Shown: positions 1 to 15,127 of the stretch, one piece after another
Layout of the letters: every line of letters starts with the position of its first letter
How positions within the stretch are numbered: position 1 is the first letter of the stretch
From: the human T2T-CHM13v2.0 reference genome, Homo sapiens
Reading direction: 5' to 3' (one strand)
Assembly: GCF_009914755.1 (NCBI RefSeq)
Contig: NC_060928.1
DNA: 64,000 nt
Program-made: the position numbers and the translations under genes
Notes under the pieces: generated by a model
What the model saw: only the letters and a program-made list of their open reading frames with translations
What the model was told of the DNA's origin: nothing
Databases searched by the model: none

Positions 1-344
1 TATACTGTAAACTTTGAGCACTTTATTTTATCAGAACTCTTCCAGATTGCATTTTGATAACATTGTATCTGATATGTATAATTAACTATTATGTATGTCT
101 ATATTTAGTTTTTGATATTTTTGAATAAACCTCTAAATACATAGAGAAGTCAGTGTAGAAGTTCTGTCAACATTCCTTTGCCAAATAAGTAAACATGAAC
201 CTAAAATTACAGAGACTTTAGAAGCTATATACTAAGGATGGTTTGCCTGATTATGACAATCACTGTGCAAAAGCTGGTGGTTTTGTATAGCTTCAGTTGT
301 TAACAATCATATTGACCTTTTTAGTATTCTGATTTACAGCTTCA

Positions 345-670
345 CATAATCTGGAAATAGAATTTCTCACAGTTTTAGAGTTGGGAATGTCCAGTCAGGT
401 TATTTGCATGATTGGGTCCTGGTAAAGGAAAACTTTCTGGCTTGAGCAAGGCTACTTTCTCGCTGTGTCCTCACATAGTGGAGGGAGAGAGAAAGAACAA
501 GCTCTCTAGTGTCTCTTTTTATAAGGGCACAAATTCCATCCTGAGTGCCCCAGCCTCATGACGGCATCTAAATGTAGTTACTTCTCAAAGGCCTCCACCT
601 CCTAACACCATCACCCTGGGTGTTAGGGCTTCAACATATGAATTTGGGTTGGAACACAATTCTGTCCTTA
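345..670 (-). mobile_element. MLT1A-like solo LTR (ERVL-MaLR)
   Basis: The reverse complement matches remembered MLT1A motifs (aaattcatatgttgaa, gtgcccttataaaa, tgtgaggacacagcgagaa, actgtgagaaat). Ends approximate. Confidence 0.8.
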
Positions 671-3292
671 TATATGTTTACATTTACATATATATGATTT
701 GTTTTAATGTAGCCTACCTTCCTCTCTTTTCTAAACATCGCTAATTTAAAACTGAATTCATCTCTTCCAGCATATGGAACAAGACATGAATATTTTTAGA
801 CCGATTTCTTCAAAGTTTTAGGACAGATGTTTTCAGAACTCTGACTTTTAACAATTTTTTGGAACCTTCTGGGACTTAAGTCTGTGGGAGTGTAGCTTTG
901 GGCCAAACAATCTGAGCTGCCTTTCTCAGTTTATTTCTCAACTGAAGAAAAGGAAGATTTAGAAACTTGCTGTGTGTGGTTGCGTGTAAACGGGTGTGTG
1001 TTGTAATTTTCTTTTGCTTCAAACTCATTTGAATTATGTCATTTTGTTTAAAATGACCTTTAGATTACTTCAAAACCAGAACCATTTTTCATGATTGCTA
1101 GGGTGATTGTAGGAACTGAGAAAGAAAAATCTGCCCCACACTGATTTTCCTTGGAATAAAGGGTGTTTTAGGTTGAAGGAGAAATTAAGAAAGCAGTTTC
1201 TCTGTGCAAGGATAGGATTAAGTTGACTTCCAAGCTGTAGTCCTCTGTTAACTGTTTCCAGAAATGTCATTTAAAAATTTAGTCATATAGATAAAGTCAC
1301 TTCTCATGAATTATGTCTCTTATACCTAGGCGTTTGTTTTTCTTCTTTAAGTAGTTTATACTTTGTTCCTAATTTAGTTCAAAAATGAAAAGTAACTTAA
1401 AAGGCTCATCAGAGCACGTTGTAAGAATGTTCCTCATGGATTATCTGAAATGTGAATGATGAACTGCTATAATACACTGTTATGGCTTCATAAGCTTAAT
1501 CAGAATCCCCTTTAACCTGGAATATGTTGGCTGCTTGAATCCTGCCTCTGCTAGAAGTTTTCTGGACAGGCTATCTCTCAGTGAAGTTAGACTCTTTTCT
1601 TCACAGTGTGGGTGACATGTATATCAGCAGAATTGTTAAAGCTCAAAGTAAGGTGACAGCTGCCAAACTTGCGAAGTTGAGATTTCATCTCCATTACCAG
1701 TAGATGAACTGTTTCCTGGGTCTCTTATTAAGGTCAGCCTGACTCAGTAGCCTGTAACCTCCTTGAAGCCAGTCTACTTTCTCTCTTTTTTTTTTCCTAT
1801 CTTTTTAATTGGTATTGTCTGTTAACCAGATAAGTGCCATAAACTAATTTTGGTCTAGGGACAGATATCAGAATTGAATCCTATGTAATATGTCTATATA
1901 TCTTAAAATTTAAATTTTGTTGCAAATAATCATTTCTTTTGATTTTCTGGAGTATAGTATCTGGGTCCTTTATAGACAATTGTTAATACTTCAAAGACAT
2001 TAAATGAAATAGCAAGTGAATGTCTTCCAAATCTATTTTATTTCCTTTTACAATACATTATACCAGGTTTGACATCCTATGTGGAAATAACAAAATGTCC
2101 ACAGGCCAGTGGCATTGAAAAGAATCTCTTCCACCTCAAATTTTCCTTTTTGAAGATCTAGAATTAATGAGAAGGGAAGCTCAGGATTTTGAAAGTCAGA
2201 AAGCAATAAGGTAGAATAGAATGGGAAATAGCAGAATACATGGAATTTAGAAAACTGCTTAATGCAGGAGTCTATTATGTTAATTTTCATTATGTAAATA
2301 TGACATTCAAGTTTCTTTTGATTTCCATTTGGTTTCCTTTTCTTCCATGTCAGACAAGGAGAAGGCATTCAGCTCCTTAGAGAATGAAGAGATTTATAAT
2401 CAGAGACAAAGAGAGAGGAATTATTTGAAAAGACTGAAAGAACAAATAAAGAACATGTTTTATTTAGTTTTGTCACTTAAATTGAAGTATTTGCTAATTT
2501 TGTTGTACATTAAAAAATCTCTAGAAACAGTATCATGTATTCTTTTTCTCCCAGTCACCAGTCGTCTGACCACAATAAATACTTCAATAAATCACGTACA
2601 TTAAAACTTCTTTTTAATTACTAAGACTTGCAGTTCCTCCTTGTTCTGAGTGACAAGAACTTTTTGTAGTCTTAGGAAATTTTCTACATGTTTGCTGAAG
2701 CAGTTCTTTTAGAACACATTTTTTGAAAGAGAATTGTAAGTATGTAGAAAGGAAGGGATTATACTTTTCATGTAGAGAAGCAAGATGAATTTAGTAGTAA
2801 AGAGAACATGTTTTAGACAAAATCAAATTCAAATCTCTCATTAACTCATTATAGTCTTCAAAAGGCAAGTTACATAAAATACCTGACACTTAATTTTCTG
2901 GTACAGAAAATAAAAAAATAAAATTACCATGTAGTACTAAGAACTAAATTAGATAATTTTACCAATATTCAATTTTAGCCATCACAGCCAATTATTGTCA
3001 TGATTTTGTAGTTCTCTCAAGCTTCTTATTCATTAGAAATATAACATTTTGTAGATGTGGCAGACTTACTAGTTAATGCAGGGAAAGAAGGTTAATATGA
3101 AAAGAGTTATTTAAATTGATGAACTTCTTGCCTGATTTTCACTGAAAAAAATGTTATTTTGAGAGAATCATATATTTTGTTTTTCCAAAAAAATTATGAA
3201 AATAAATAGAAAAGCATGCACTTTAAATGTACTTTTAAATACTTTCCATATCTCTGCACTGCTGAACCCACCTGGATTCCTTATATAGCTAC

Positions 3293-4020
3293 TATAACTG
3301 CCCATCAGGTTCTCCTTGCCCACTGCCTAGACAGAGCCTATTTATCAAGAGGGGGATTGCAACAGAGAAATAGTTTAATTCACACAGAGATGACTGCATG
3401 GGAGACCAGAGTTTTATTTTTATTTGAATCGGTCTCCTCAAAAACTTGAGGATGGGGATTTTTAAGGATAATTCGGTGGTTAGGGTGTCTGAATGGGAGG
3501 AGTGCTGATTGGTCCGGGTGGACATGAAATTATAAAGAGTAGAAGCTGTTCTCTTGCACTGAGTCTGTTCCTGGGTGAGGGCCACAAGACCAGATGAACC
3601 AGTTTATCTATCTGAATGGTGCCAGCTTATCCGTTGAGTACAGCATCTGCAAAACATCTCAAGCACTGATCTTAGATTTTACAAAAGTGATGTTATCCCG
3701 AGGAGCATATTGGAGAGGCTCAGACTCTTGCAGCCTTCAGTTTTATGACTCCTAAACCATAATTTCTGATCTTGTGGCCAACTTATTAGTCCTGCAAAGA
3801 CAGTCTAGTCCCCAGGCAGGAAGAGGGTTTGTTTTGGGAAAGGGCGGTTATTGTCTTTGTTTCAAAGTTAAACTATAAACTAAGTTCCTCCAAAAGTTAG
3901 TTCAGCCTAAGCCCAGGAATGAACAGAGAGCTTGGAGGTTAGAAGCAAGATGGAGTCAGTTAGGTCAGTTCTTTTTCACTGTCATAATTTTCTGTTATAA
4001 TTTTTGCAAAGGTGGTTTCA
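3293..4020 (-). mobile_element. LTR8/LTR8A solo LTR (ERV1)
   Basis: The minus strand starts tgaaaccacctttgcaaaaattataac, as in the LTR8 family. A 4-bp target-site duplication ctac lies at 3289-3292 and 4021-4024. Confidence 0.85.
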
Positions 4021-5099
4021 CTACTCAGCTGAGGTCAATACAGATTTGTTATACTAGTCATATTCAGGAAAAGTTCTCTGAGAATAAGTGTCAGTATGTT
4101 AATTAAATTTTGAGAGTCCCATCTTTTTAAGCTGTTCAGAGGTAGTATTACGGTAGCATAAGTAGGTTATTTACAAATTATTAATGATGATTACTTATTG
4201 CAACCAGTAATGAAACACATGTTGTCATGTTTTCATTTTCTTAGGTTTCATTTCAGAAAGTGTCAATTTCTGTATCCAGTCTAAGCTAAAAGTTAATTTA
4301 TTCAATAGTTTTATATTTAGTAAATACATCCTGAAATTAGTGAATTGTGATTTGGGGGGTTATTATTTTCCACTAATTATTTCTCTTTGAGAAGGCAGAG
4401 AAGTTCTCAGAAAAAGTTGAAAACACTGAAATTAAAATTGAAATATAACTTAGAGAGTAAAATTTAATAAACTGCTTATATTAAGAAAACCTACAGCCAA
4501 AAGAAATCTCATTAGTCTAAAATTAACCAGTGAGTGTTAGAAAGAAGAATAAAATTCTGTCACATTCGAAAGATGTTACCAGAGCAATGATGCTAAATGT
4601 TGAGTAGAGTTTGAGGTTACATTTTATTTCCCCTTTTCTCTGAAAGAAACCAATACTTATGCAATAATTTTTGTAAGAAATGAAAAAAGTAAATTTGTTT
4701 TGCAGAAGAATTTTTCCTTTGCCACTTATTGACTTAGAGTTTTAATCTATCTTTAGATTAATACAAGCAATAAAAAAGTTGTCAATATATGTAATAACAA
4801 TATCATTAAAATTTAAAAAAATGTTAATAGCTCAAAGAAATTATTGAACAACAGAATCACTTCTATAATAGAGAATATAAGAAAAAACAATGTTTTTTAG
4901 AACTGAAAAAATTATTTTTCAATTAAAATTAATTTATTCTAATTTTTAGTTTTAAAAATGTTTTCTTCTGCCTTCTTTCTTATTTCTCTGTCTGGCATCT
5001 GAAAATCCCACTGTGATTGGCTTATGAAGTCCAAGAAAGTCCAAGAAATCAATGCTAAAAAATGCTCAAATAAAAGCCCAGTGGTTATTTAAAATTTGC

Positions 5100-8000
5100 A
5101 AGATAATAAAACACAAATCTCTAAGTAAAGATAATATAAGAAATATATATGTTTATATATATAATTTTAAGACAGCTGTTATAAAAAATGCTTCAAAAAG
5201 CAATTAAAAGCACATTTAAAACAGAGAAAAAAGCTATCAAAAAAGAACTATAAATTCCCAGCATAGAAATGGAATACACAAAGAAGAACCAAATGTAAAT
5301 TTTAGTTTTGAAAAACCAAACAATTTAAATAAAAAACCCAATGGATGGGATCCACAGCAGAATGGAGAAGACAAAGAAAAGAAATAGTGAACTGAAAGAT
5401 ACGGCAATAGAAATTACACAATCTGAACATAAGAGAAAATATATTGACAAAAATTGCACAGACCCTGAGAGACATGTAAGACAGTCATAAAAGGTCTGAT
5501 ATTCACATCATCAGTCTTAAAAGTGGGGCTTAAAAAGTGCTTGAAAAAATAATGGCTTAAAACCTCCCAAATTTGATAAAAGATATAAACCTACAGTCAA
5601 GAAGCTAGGTAAATCCCAAATAAATGAAACACCCAAAAAATATACCTCCAGACTCTAGTGATTTTACTGGAGAATTATAAGGGAGAAATCTCACTAAATC
5701 TAGGCAACTTTTCCTAGAAAATCTAAGAGAAGGGTATACTTTCCTATTTATTTTATGAAGCCAGTATTACCCTGAAACCAAAACCAGACAAAGATTGTAA
5801 GAAAAAAGAAAACTCTAGAACAATATCTCCATGTTGAAAATGTATACATCAAAAAAACTAGGGTTTATTTCAGGGACTCAAAACAAGTTCAATATTCAAA
5901 AATCAATAATGTAATTCAGCATATTAAAAGGATAAAAAAGAAAAATCACATGTCATACCAATGCAAAAAAAACACATTTGACAAAATTCAATATTACTTT
6001 ATATTAAAACCTATCAGAAAAACTAGGAGTAGAAGAGACTTTCCTCAAATTGATAAAGAGCAAATGGGATTATATTGGTGGCTATATACCAAAGGCTTAA
6101 ACCTCTGAAATTAGGAGTAGGGCAAGAATGTCCATTCTCCCTACTTTTATTAAACAAAGTGCTGAAAAATAATCATAGCTTCTACCATAAGGAAATAAAA
6201 GACACGCATATTAGAAACAAAAAGAAAGAAACATAAAGAAAGAAACAAAGCAGTTCCTATTTGTGGATAACATAACGGTCTACATAGAAAGTCCTAAATG
6301 AAATGTTTTATAAAAGTCATCCAGAACTACTAAGTGAATTCAACATGCTCACAGTTTACAAGATAAGCAATAAACAATAGTACATATTTCTATATACTAG
6401 CAACAAACAGTGTACACTGAAATTAAGAATACAACACTATTTGCAATCCTTCAAAAACAAAATACTTGAGGTAATATCTAACAAAAGGTGCATAGGACTC
6501 AAATCTAAAAATTACAAAAATTTGATGGACGAAATCAAAATACATCTTGGAAAACAGAGAGAGACTCCATATTTATAGATTGGAAGACTCAATATAGTAA
6601 AACACCCAAATCTCCCCAAGTTAATATAGGTAATGCAATTCCTATGAAAATTCCTGGAAGGTTTTTTTTTATAATAAAGACAAGATTGTTATAAAATGTA
6701 AAATTTTCATTTGAAAAGTGAGAAAACAGTCTGCCCAAATGCCAGGTTATTATATAGTTATAGTAGTCAAAACTGTGGGTTGATAGAGGGAGAAATAAAT
6801 AGATCAATGGAACAGGACACAGAACCCAGAAATAAATTCACACATCATGTCCAACTGATTTGTGACAAGCAAGTCAATGGAAGAAACAACAACAACAACA
6901 GAAAACCTCAAGAAAAAACTAAAAATTAACTGAAAATGGACCACAGACTTATATGTAAAATCTGAAACTATCAAACTTTTAGAAAAAAAAATGTAAGAGG
7001 AAATATTCAGAGGCTAAGGCAAAGAGTTCTTAAACATGACACTGAAATCATGGTCCATGCAAGAAAAAAATTGTGATAGATTTAACTTCATTAAAATTAA
7101 AATTTATATCGTATGAAAGACCAACCTCAGTGAGGATGAAAAGACAAGCTACAGACTGGTGGGAACTACTTGCACAACACATATTGGACAAAATATTAGT
7201 AACTTGAATACACAAAAAACTACCAAAATGAAATTTTTAAGAATCAAATTAGAAATGGGCAAAACATAGAGACATTCTACTCAAGTGGATATACAGATGA
7301 CAAGTAAGTACATACAGAAATTTAACATTCTTATTCATTAGGAAAATGCAAACTGAAACCACAATGGAATATCACGATACACCTATCAGAATCACTAAAA
7401 AAAGTAGTTATAATACCAAATGCAAGTAAGAATGCAGAAAATCCTGATCACTCATACATTGCTAATGAAAATGTAAAGTTGCAAACCCACTGTGAAAAAC
7501 TGTTTGGCATTTTTAAAAATGTAAACATACAACTACCATACGTTTCAGGAATTGCATTCCTGGGCATCTTCCCCGTAGAAATGAAGACATATGTCTATGC
7601 AAAAACTTGCACACAATGTTTACGCAGTTTCCATTTGTAATAGCCAAAACTGAAGACAACCCAGATTGTGTTTCAGTGGGTGAATAGTTAAATAAACTGC
7701 AAGATATTCATACCATGAAATATTGCTTAGCAATGAAAAAGAACAAATTATTGCCTTACACAAAAGCCTGCATAAATCTCAGAGAGTTATGTTGACTGAA
7801 AAATGCCAGTCACAACAGGATACATATCATATGATTCCATTTAAACAATGTTATTGAAATGACTAAATTATAGGAGTATAGCAGGGATTAGTGATGCCAG
7901 GGGTTCATCAGGAATTTAGGGCAGGAGGGTAGTGGGCAAGGATATATACATAAAAACAGGAACACTTTTGGTAATGGAAATGTTCTGCATTTTGATTGTG

Positions 8001-8140
8001 CCAAAGTCAATATACTGGTGTCATATTGTACTGTAGTTTTGCCAGATATCATCACTGGGGAAAACTTGGTTCATCTCTACACATCATTTCCTACAGTAAA
8101 CAACATGTAAACCTACAATTCTCTCAAACTAAAAAGTTTA
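5100..8140 (+). mobile_element. Decayed L1MC (L1MC1-like) with internal deletions
   Basis: ORF1-like remnant at ~5150-5640, ORF2 remnants at ~5660-7700, and an L1MC-type 3' UTR ending ...acaattctctcaaactaaaaagttt. Confidence 0.75.
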
Positions 8141-9319
8141 CATAAAAATTACAATTAAACTCAGGCATGAAGTACATTTAATGCTCCCTTCTAAGACATT
8201 GCTGTGAATTTCTAGTTCCTAGCTCTATTTTGGGATGTGCTGGACTGACTGAAGTGAGGGAAAGTGATCGCAACTCTAAGGCAAGTTATCTCAGTGAGGT
8301 CACAGCTGACTAAGCTGGTAGATATTTATAGCAGAACCATACTTATTGATTGTCCGTGTTTCTTTCATGAATTTTAATAACTTTGCCTGGCTTTGCTTTT
8401 AGCACTTCTTCAGTATTAAAAAGTGAATATCCTGAATACAAATTCTTAAACTTTCCATTAATCTTTAAGAAGCAATGTGCTCTACTTGGAACTCCTGAAG
8501 GTATCTTTGAAGGTATTATGGCACAAGAAAATAGAAAGTAACCCATCTGTAACCAGATGTCCTTGGTTAACAAGCTACTTCTAACATGACTTGGGATTTG
8601 GAAATCAATTCTACTTGATAACTGATGAACCCTGGAGGAGGAGGTAGTGAAGCTCTAGGGTAGTGGAGAAAGTGACATTTATTACGTTTGAACTTCCACT
8701 TTTGGCTCATCACTGAATCTAAAGTTTATATACTTTATCTCAGACAATATTTGCAGGAACTGTATGTATTGAATATGAGAAATGAATATGTAGGTAAACT
8801 CATTTACCAAATAAAACCTAATGCTGGAACAACAGAAAACAAAAGGCTAATCTATTCATCAACATAATAATATGAAGTTTTGTTACAACACACTGCCATA
8901 GTGATCAGGCCATTTCCTCTTTTCCTTAAACAGCTCAAAACATGCAATAGATATCTTAGACATTAACATTTTACTAATGGGCTGTACTTCAAAAATATGT
9001 AATTTTGTTGTTAGACATTTTGAAAGCATTGGCACACAGAGAAAAGGTTATAATTGTTTAGATTGGTTTTATGACTTACTGCCAAAATGAAATTAACCTT
9101 TAATATTGCTGAATTTTAATAATGTTACAAATCAAGCAGAGGTGCTTGGAGCAGAAGTTAATGGAAAAGTAGTTCAAAAAAACTCATCCTTTTTTATAGG
9201 TTTCACTTTGGCATACAATTTGAAAGATGTAAATTTTGTTGTTTCTGTTCATCCCTTCAATTTTTGTAATATTTCACATAAATTAGGAAATTAATTTATA
9301 ATTGTTCTTTTTTTTGCAT

Positions 9320-10620
9320 TGTGAATTTTATTTTCTAAACTTTGTTGAAAAATTTTTGCGTCTATGTTCATGAGATATATTGGTCTGTAGTTTTTGTTTA
9401 TTGTAATGTGTTTATCAGAATCTGTTATTTTACTAATGCTAGCCTTATGGAAGAAATCAAGAAGATAGCCAGAAGCAGTGGTTCAGGCCTGTAATCCTAG
9501 CACTTTGGGAGGCTGAGGTGGGTGGATCACTTGAGGTCAGAAGTTCAAGATCAGCCTGGCCAATATGCTGAAACCCTGTCCCTACTAAAAACACAAAAAT
9601 TAGCTGGGCGTGGTGGCGTGCACCTGTAATCTCAGCTACTCGGGAGGCTGAGGCAGGAGAATCACTTGAACTCAGAAGGCGGAGGGTACAGTGAGCTGAG
9701 ATCGTGCCACTGCACTATAGCCTGGGCAACAGAGCAAGAAAAAAAAAAAAGTGTATCCTCTGTTTCTATTCTCTGGAATATATGGAAGGATTGACATCAT
9801 GTCTTTTATAAATGGGTGGTAAGTGTTCACAAGTGGATCCGTCTGAAATTACTGCCTCTTTTATGAGAAGTTATTAATTATGTATTCAATTTAGTGAATA
9901 AATACAGGTCTGTTTAGGTTATATATTTCTAAATTTATAAGTTTTGGTAAGGTGTGTCTTTCAAGAAATTGATCAGTTTCATCTAGCTTAACAATTTGTG
10001 AGCACAAAATTATGCATAACGTTCCTTTTTTAATCCCTTAATGTCCATGAAATCAGTAGTGATGACGCCTCTTACATTTTTATTAGTAATTTGTGTTCTC
10101 ACTTTTTTTTTCTTAGTCTAGGGCCTTATCAATTTTATTGATCTTTACAAAGAACAGCTTTTGTTTAATTAATTTTCTGTACTGTCTTCTTGTTTTCAAT
10201 TACATTGATTGCTTATCTAATTTTTATTCTTTCTTTCCTTCTGCTTGCTTGAGGTTTTAATTGCTCTTTTTTCTCTAGGTTTCTAAGGTGGAAATTTAGA
10301 TATTTTTATCTTTATTTTATTTATATATATTAATTATGTATTTTATTTATATATATGATGTGTGTGTGTATATATATAATGCTATACATTTTCCTCTAAG
10401 CAGCTTTCAATGCATTCAACAAATTTTGATGTTATATATATTTTTTCATTTAGTTAACAATGTTTCAGTTAGTCTTGTGGCTTCTTTGAATCATTTGTTA
10501 CTTAGATACGAGTAGTTTAATTTTTTAAATATTTGGGATTTACAGCTATCATTGTGTTATTAATTTTAATTATTTTGTTGTCTGGGAATGCAGTATGTGT
10601 TATTTTCAATCTTTTAAAAA
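9320..10620 (-). mobile_element. Old L1M ORF2 fragment, interrupted by an Alu
   Basis: Antisense L1 ORF2 motifs (tttgcgtctatgttcatgagatatattggtctgtagttt; ttatcaattttattgatctttacaaagaac). Confidence 0.7.
9468..9750 (+). mobile_element. AluS (Sz/Sx-like)
   Basis: Dimeric Alu with A-rich linker (ctactaaaaacacaaaaatt) and a short poly(A). The last few consensus bases before the tail are missing. Confidence 0.95.
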
Positions 10621-10621
10621 A

Positions 10622-10934
10622 TTTTTATTTTATTTTAAAATACATAAAATACATACATCCCAGAATACATGTACAAGAAGTGCAGGTTTGTTACATAGGT
10701 AAATGTGTGCCATGGTAGTTTGCTGCACCTATCAACCCATCACCTACCTGTTAAGCCCCACATGCATTAGTTATTTATCCTGATGCTTTCCCTCTCCGCG
10801 CCCCGCTGACAGGCCTGTGTGTGTTGTTCCCCTCCCTGTGTCCACGTGTTCTCATTGTTCAGCTTCCACTTATGAGTGAGAACATGCAGTGTTTGGTTTT
10901 CTGTTCCTGTGTTAGTTTGCTGAGGATAATGGCT
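10622..10934 (-). mobile_element. 5'-truncated L1PA 3' end (L1PA8-10-like)
   Basis: Antisense L1PA 3' UTR: gtgcaggtttgttacataggtaaatgtgtgccatgg...cacttatgagtgagaacatgc. Confidence 0.85.
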
Positions 10935-11949
10935 AAGAACACTATGTTAAACTATTTTGATATCCTTGGAAGAAATACATGTAAATAATAACTATTGTTC
11001 AAAATAGAAATTATTTGCCTTGGGAATTTTGACTGTTGAATTATTTGTATACTGTCAGCAAGATAATTTGCGTATGATTGGGGGAAATTATCTTTGAAAT
11101 TCATGTTGCAACATCCAATTATTTTTTATGATCTTACCCTAGAAAATGCACTCTTAAAACTTACCTTGGATAAAGTACTATATATTATGTCACCGGTCTC
11201 ATCACCCCAAATCAAACCCAGGCATAAATGAGACATTGCATAATTAATCTTTAACTTCTCCAACACATAATTTCTCTTCAGTTTTTCTCTATGACAACCA
11301 TTAAACACCTTATGAGTTATATGGAACTTTTATGATCACTTATGCTCCAAGTAAGCAACTGTATCAACACAATGATTTAACCTTTAAGGTAGATTCCCAT
11401 GAATCATAGATTTTACCCAGCGCCAAAATTTATTAATAATCCAAAAGACACAAGGAAGAACAAAGAAAAACATTTTATTTCTTTTTTCAAGAGATTGAAC
11501 CTATTACTTCCACTCAAATTATCACTTCCATTATGGTAGCAGATGCATTGTTACAATGTACAGAGAAGCACTGTTCTCAAAAAAAGCCATTTCCCCATTG
11601 ATAATCTTCAGTTTTATATTTTGTTAGCTGCCCAGGAAGAAAAGGCCAATGTGACCACCTTCCATTCTCTATACTGTACAATGGATTCCTAAACACAATG
11701 TTTTTGTTGTTTTTTTAATTTTTTTTATATTTTTCAATAAGCAGTGAAGGCAGGCTGATTCTTTCTTTTTCCTAAAAAGCAATTTTAATGTAGTGACTCT
11801 CCATTATATTACTGTAGTAAAAATCATCTGCCTAATTACAAACACTTACTTCTTGAATGATATTACATATATGTTGGATCACTCATCAAAACAGAAATGT
11901 GATTATATTCATTAAGAAGAAGAAAATCCCTTTGTTATTCACATTGGAT

Positions 11950-12330
11950 CATTTTTATTATTCTGTCTAAATTCGCTGACAATTTTTATCTTTCTCTCTC
12001 AGTGCTATTAAGCCTATCCAATGAAATTTTTTATTTGAGCATTTACGAGTATGTCTAATATTGAATATAATGATTCTTTTAATTGCCATATCTATGCTGA
12101 TTCCAAACATATTCAATTATTTTGACCATATTTTCACTGTCATTTATTATAATAGATGACATAAATTCTTGTCTTAAATATCTGAGTCATCTGTGATCTT
12201 GTTTCTATTGACTACCTTTAATTTTGAGCAATGGTTCTCATTTTTCCCTGTTGTCACATTTTTAAACACCTTTTTAATTTTGCTTATTGGTAATGATCCA
12301 CTATAAAACCCTGGATTGTGTTAAGTGTCT
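11950..12330 (-). mobile_element. Highly diverged L1M(E) 5'/ORF1 fragment
   Basis: Weak similarity to antisense L1ME ORF1 (gctattaagcctatccaatgaaatttttt; atctgagtcatctgtg). Confidence 0.4.
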
Positions 12331-12440
12331 TTTAAAAAATTTTAACTTTAATAATTTTAAATAATTAATTAAAAATTTAAAATAAATAATTTAAAATTTA
12401 AATAATTTAAATTTAAAATAATAATTTTAAAAATATTTAA
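12330..12440. repeat. AT-only low-complexity tract
   Basis: About 100 bp of almost pure A/T with repeated aataattt/aaattt units. Confidence 0.85.
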
Positions 12441-12594
12441 CTTTCTCCTAGAAGAAACTTAAGTTATGAATTGGTCTTTTGAAACTTGTGGTGACTTCAT
12501 TAAGATAAGTCTATTTCAGTTTAACTTAGTCCTTAATGAATCTCTAAATTCTGGGACACAGTCTTTCCCTTCTAAGCATGGTTCCCTTGCAATT

Positions 12595-15092
12595 TATTTT
12601 TACTTAATGTTTATTGTTCATTTTTTATTTCAATGGGTATGTAGGGAACCAATGATGTTTGGTTACATGAATAAGGTCTTTAGTGGTGATTTCTGAGATT
12701 TTGGTGCACCCATCACCCAAGGAGTATACAATGTACCCAATGTGTAGTCTTTGATCCCTCACCCCCCACACCAACCCTTTCGCCCGAGTCATATAATTTT
12801 TATGCCTTTGCATCCTCATAGCTTAGCTCCCACTTATGAGTGAGAACACACAATGTTTGGTTTTCCATTCCTGAGTTACTTCACTTAGAATTATGCTCTC
12901 CAATTCCATACAGGTGGCTGTGAATGCCATTATTTCATTCCTTTTTATGGCTGAGTAGCATTCCACAGTGTGTATATATATATATATATATATACACAAC
13001 AATTTCTTTATCCACTGGTTGACTGATGGGCATTTGGGCTGGTTCCACATTTTTGCAATTGCAAATTATGCTGCTATAAACATGTATGTGCAAGTATCTT
13101 TTTTGGATAATTACTTCTTTTCCTCTTGGTAGATACACAGTAGTGGGATTGCTGGATCAAATTGTAGTTCTACTTTTAGTTCTTTAAGGAATCTCCACAC
13201 TGTTTTCCATAGTGATTGTACTAGTTTACATTCCCATCAGCAATATAAAAGTGTTCCCTTTTCACCATATCCACGCCAACATCTATCATTTTTTGATTGT
13301 ATGACTATGGCCATTCTTGCAGGAGTAAGGTGGCATTACATTGTGGTTTTGATTTGCATTTCCCTGATTATTAGTGATACTGAGCATTTTTTCATATGTT
13401 TGTTAGCCATTTGTATATCTTCTTTTGAGAATTGTCTGTTCATGTCCTTAGCCCACTTTCTGATGGAATTGTCTTTTTCTTGCTGATTTGTTTAAGTTCC
13501 TTATAGATTATGGATATTAGTCCTTTGTCAGATACACAGATTGTGAAGATTTTCTCCTATTCTGTGAGTTTTCTGTTTTCTCTGCTGATTGTTTCGTTTG
13601 CTGTGCAGAAACTTTTTAGCTTAATTAAATCCCATCTCTTTATTACTGTTTTGTTGCATTTGATTTTGGGTTCTTGGTCATGAAGTCTTTGCATAAGCTA
13701 ATATCTAGAAGCGTTTTTCCGATGTTATCTTCCAAAATTCTTATGGTTTTATGACTTTGATTTAAGTCTTTGATCCATCTTGAGTTGATTTTTGTATAAG
13801 GTGAGAGATGAGGATCCAGTTTCATTCTTCTACAGGTGGCTTGCCAATTGTCCCAGCACCCTTTGTTGAATAGAGTGGCTTTTCCCCAGTCTTTTTTTGT
13901 TTGCTTTCTCAAATATCAGTTGGCTATAAGTATTTGGCTTCATTTCTGGGTTCTCTATTATTTTCCATTCATCTATATGCTTATTTTTATACCAGTACCA
14001 TGTTGTTTTGTTGACTATGGCTTTATAGTAAGTATAGTTTGAAGTCAGGTCATGTAATGCCTCCAGATTTGTTCTTTTTGCATAGTATTGCTTTGGCTAT
14101 GGGGGCTCATTGTTGGTTTTATATAAATTTTAGGATTGCTTTTTTTCTGGTTCTGTGAAGAATGATGGTGGTATTTTGATGGGAATGGCACTGAATTTAT
14201 AGATTGCTTTAGGCAGTATGGTCCTTTTCACAATATTAATTCTACCCATCCAAGTGCATGGGATGTGTTTTTGTTTGTCTCTGTCATCTATGATTTCTTT
14301 CAGCAGCATTTTGTAGTTGTCCTTGTAGGGGTCTTTCACTTCCTTGGTTAAATATATTCTCAAGTTTTTTGTTTTTGTTTTAGTTTCTTGCAGCTATTGC
14401 AAAAGGATTTGAGTTCTTGATTTGATTCTCAGCTTGGTCACTGTTGGTGTATAGCAGAGCTACTGATTTGTGTACATTAATTGTGTATCCTGAAACTTTG
14501 CCGAATTAATTTATTAGCCCTAAGAGCTTTTTGGAGGAGTCTTTAGGATTTTCTAGGTATACAATCATATCATCAGCAAACAGGAAGAGTTTGACTTCCT
14601 CTTTACGAAGTTGGATGCCCTTTATTTCTTTCTCTTGTCTGATTGCTCTGGCTAGGACTTCCAGTACTATGTTGAATAGAAGCTGTGAGAGCGGGCATCC
14701 TTTTCTTGTCCCAGTTATCAGGAGGAATGCTTTCAACTTTTCCTCATTCAGTATAATGTTGGCTGTGGGTTTGTCATGGATGACCTTTATTACCTTAAGA
14801 TATGTCTCTTCTATGCTGATTTTGCTGAGGGTTTTAACTATAAAGCAATGCTGGATTTTGTCTAATGTTCATTCTGTTGCAATTGAGACGATCATGTGGT
14901 TTTTGTTTTTAATTATCTTATGTTGTGTATCACGTTTAATGACTTAAAGATGTTAAACCATTTCTGCATCCCTGATATGAAACCCATTTGATCATGGTGG
15001 ATTATCTTCTTGATATGTTGTTAGATTCAGTTAGCTAGTATTTTGTTGAGGAGTTTTGCATCTATGTTCATCAGGGATATTGGTCTATAGTT

Positions 15093-15127
<35 letters not shown>

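Noticed and set aside
1607-2450. Possible plus-strand exons (1607-1647; acceptor at 2353 with AATAAA at 2445)
   Set aside because: Weak donor, and AATAAA is common in this base composition; no supporting evidence.
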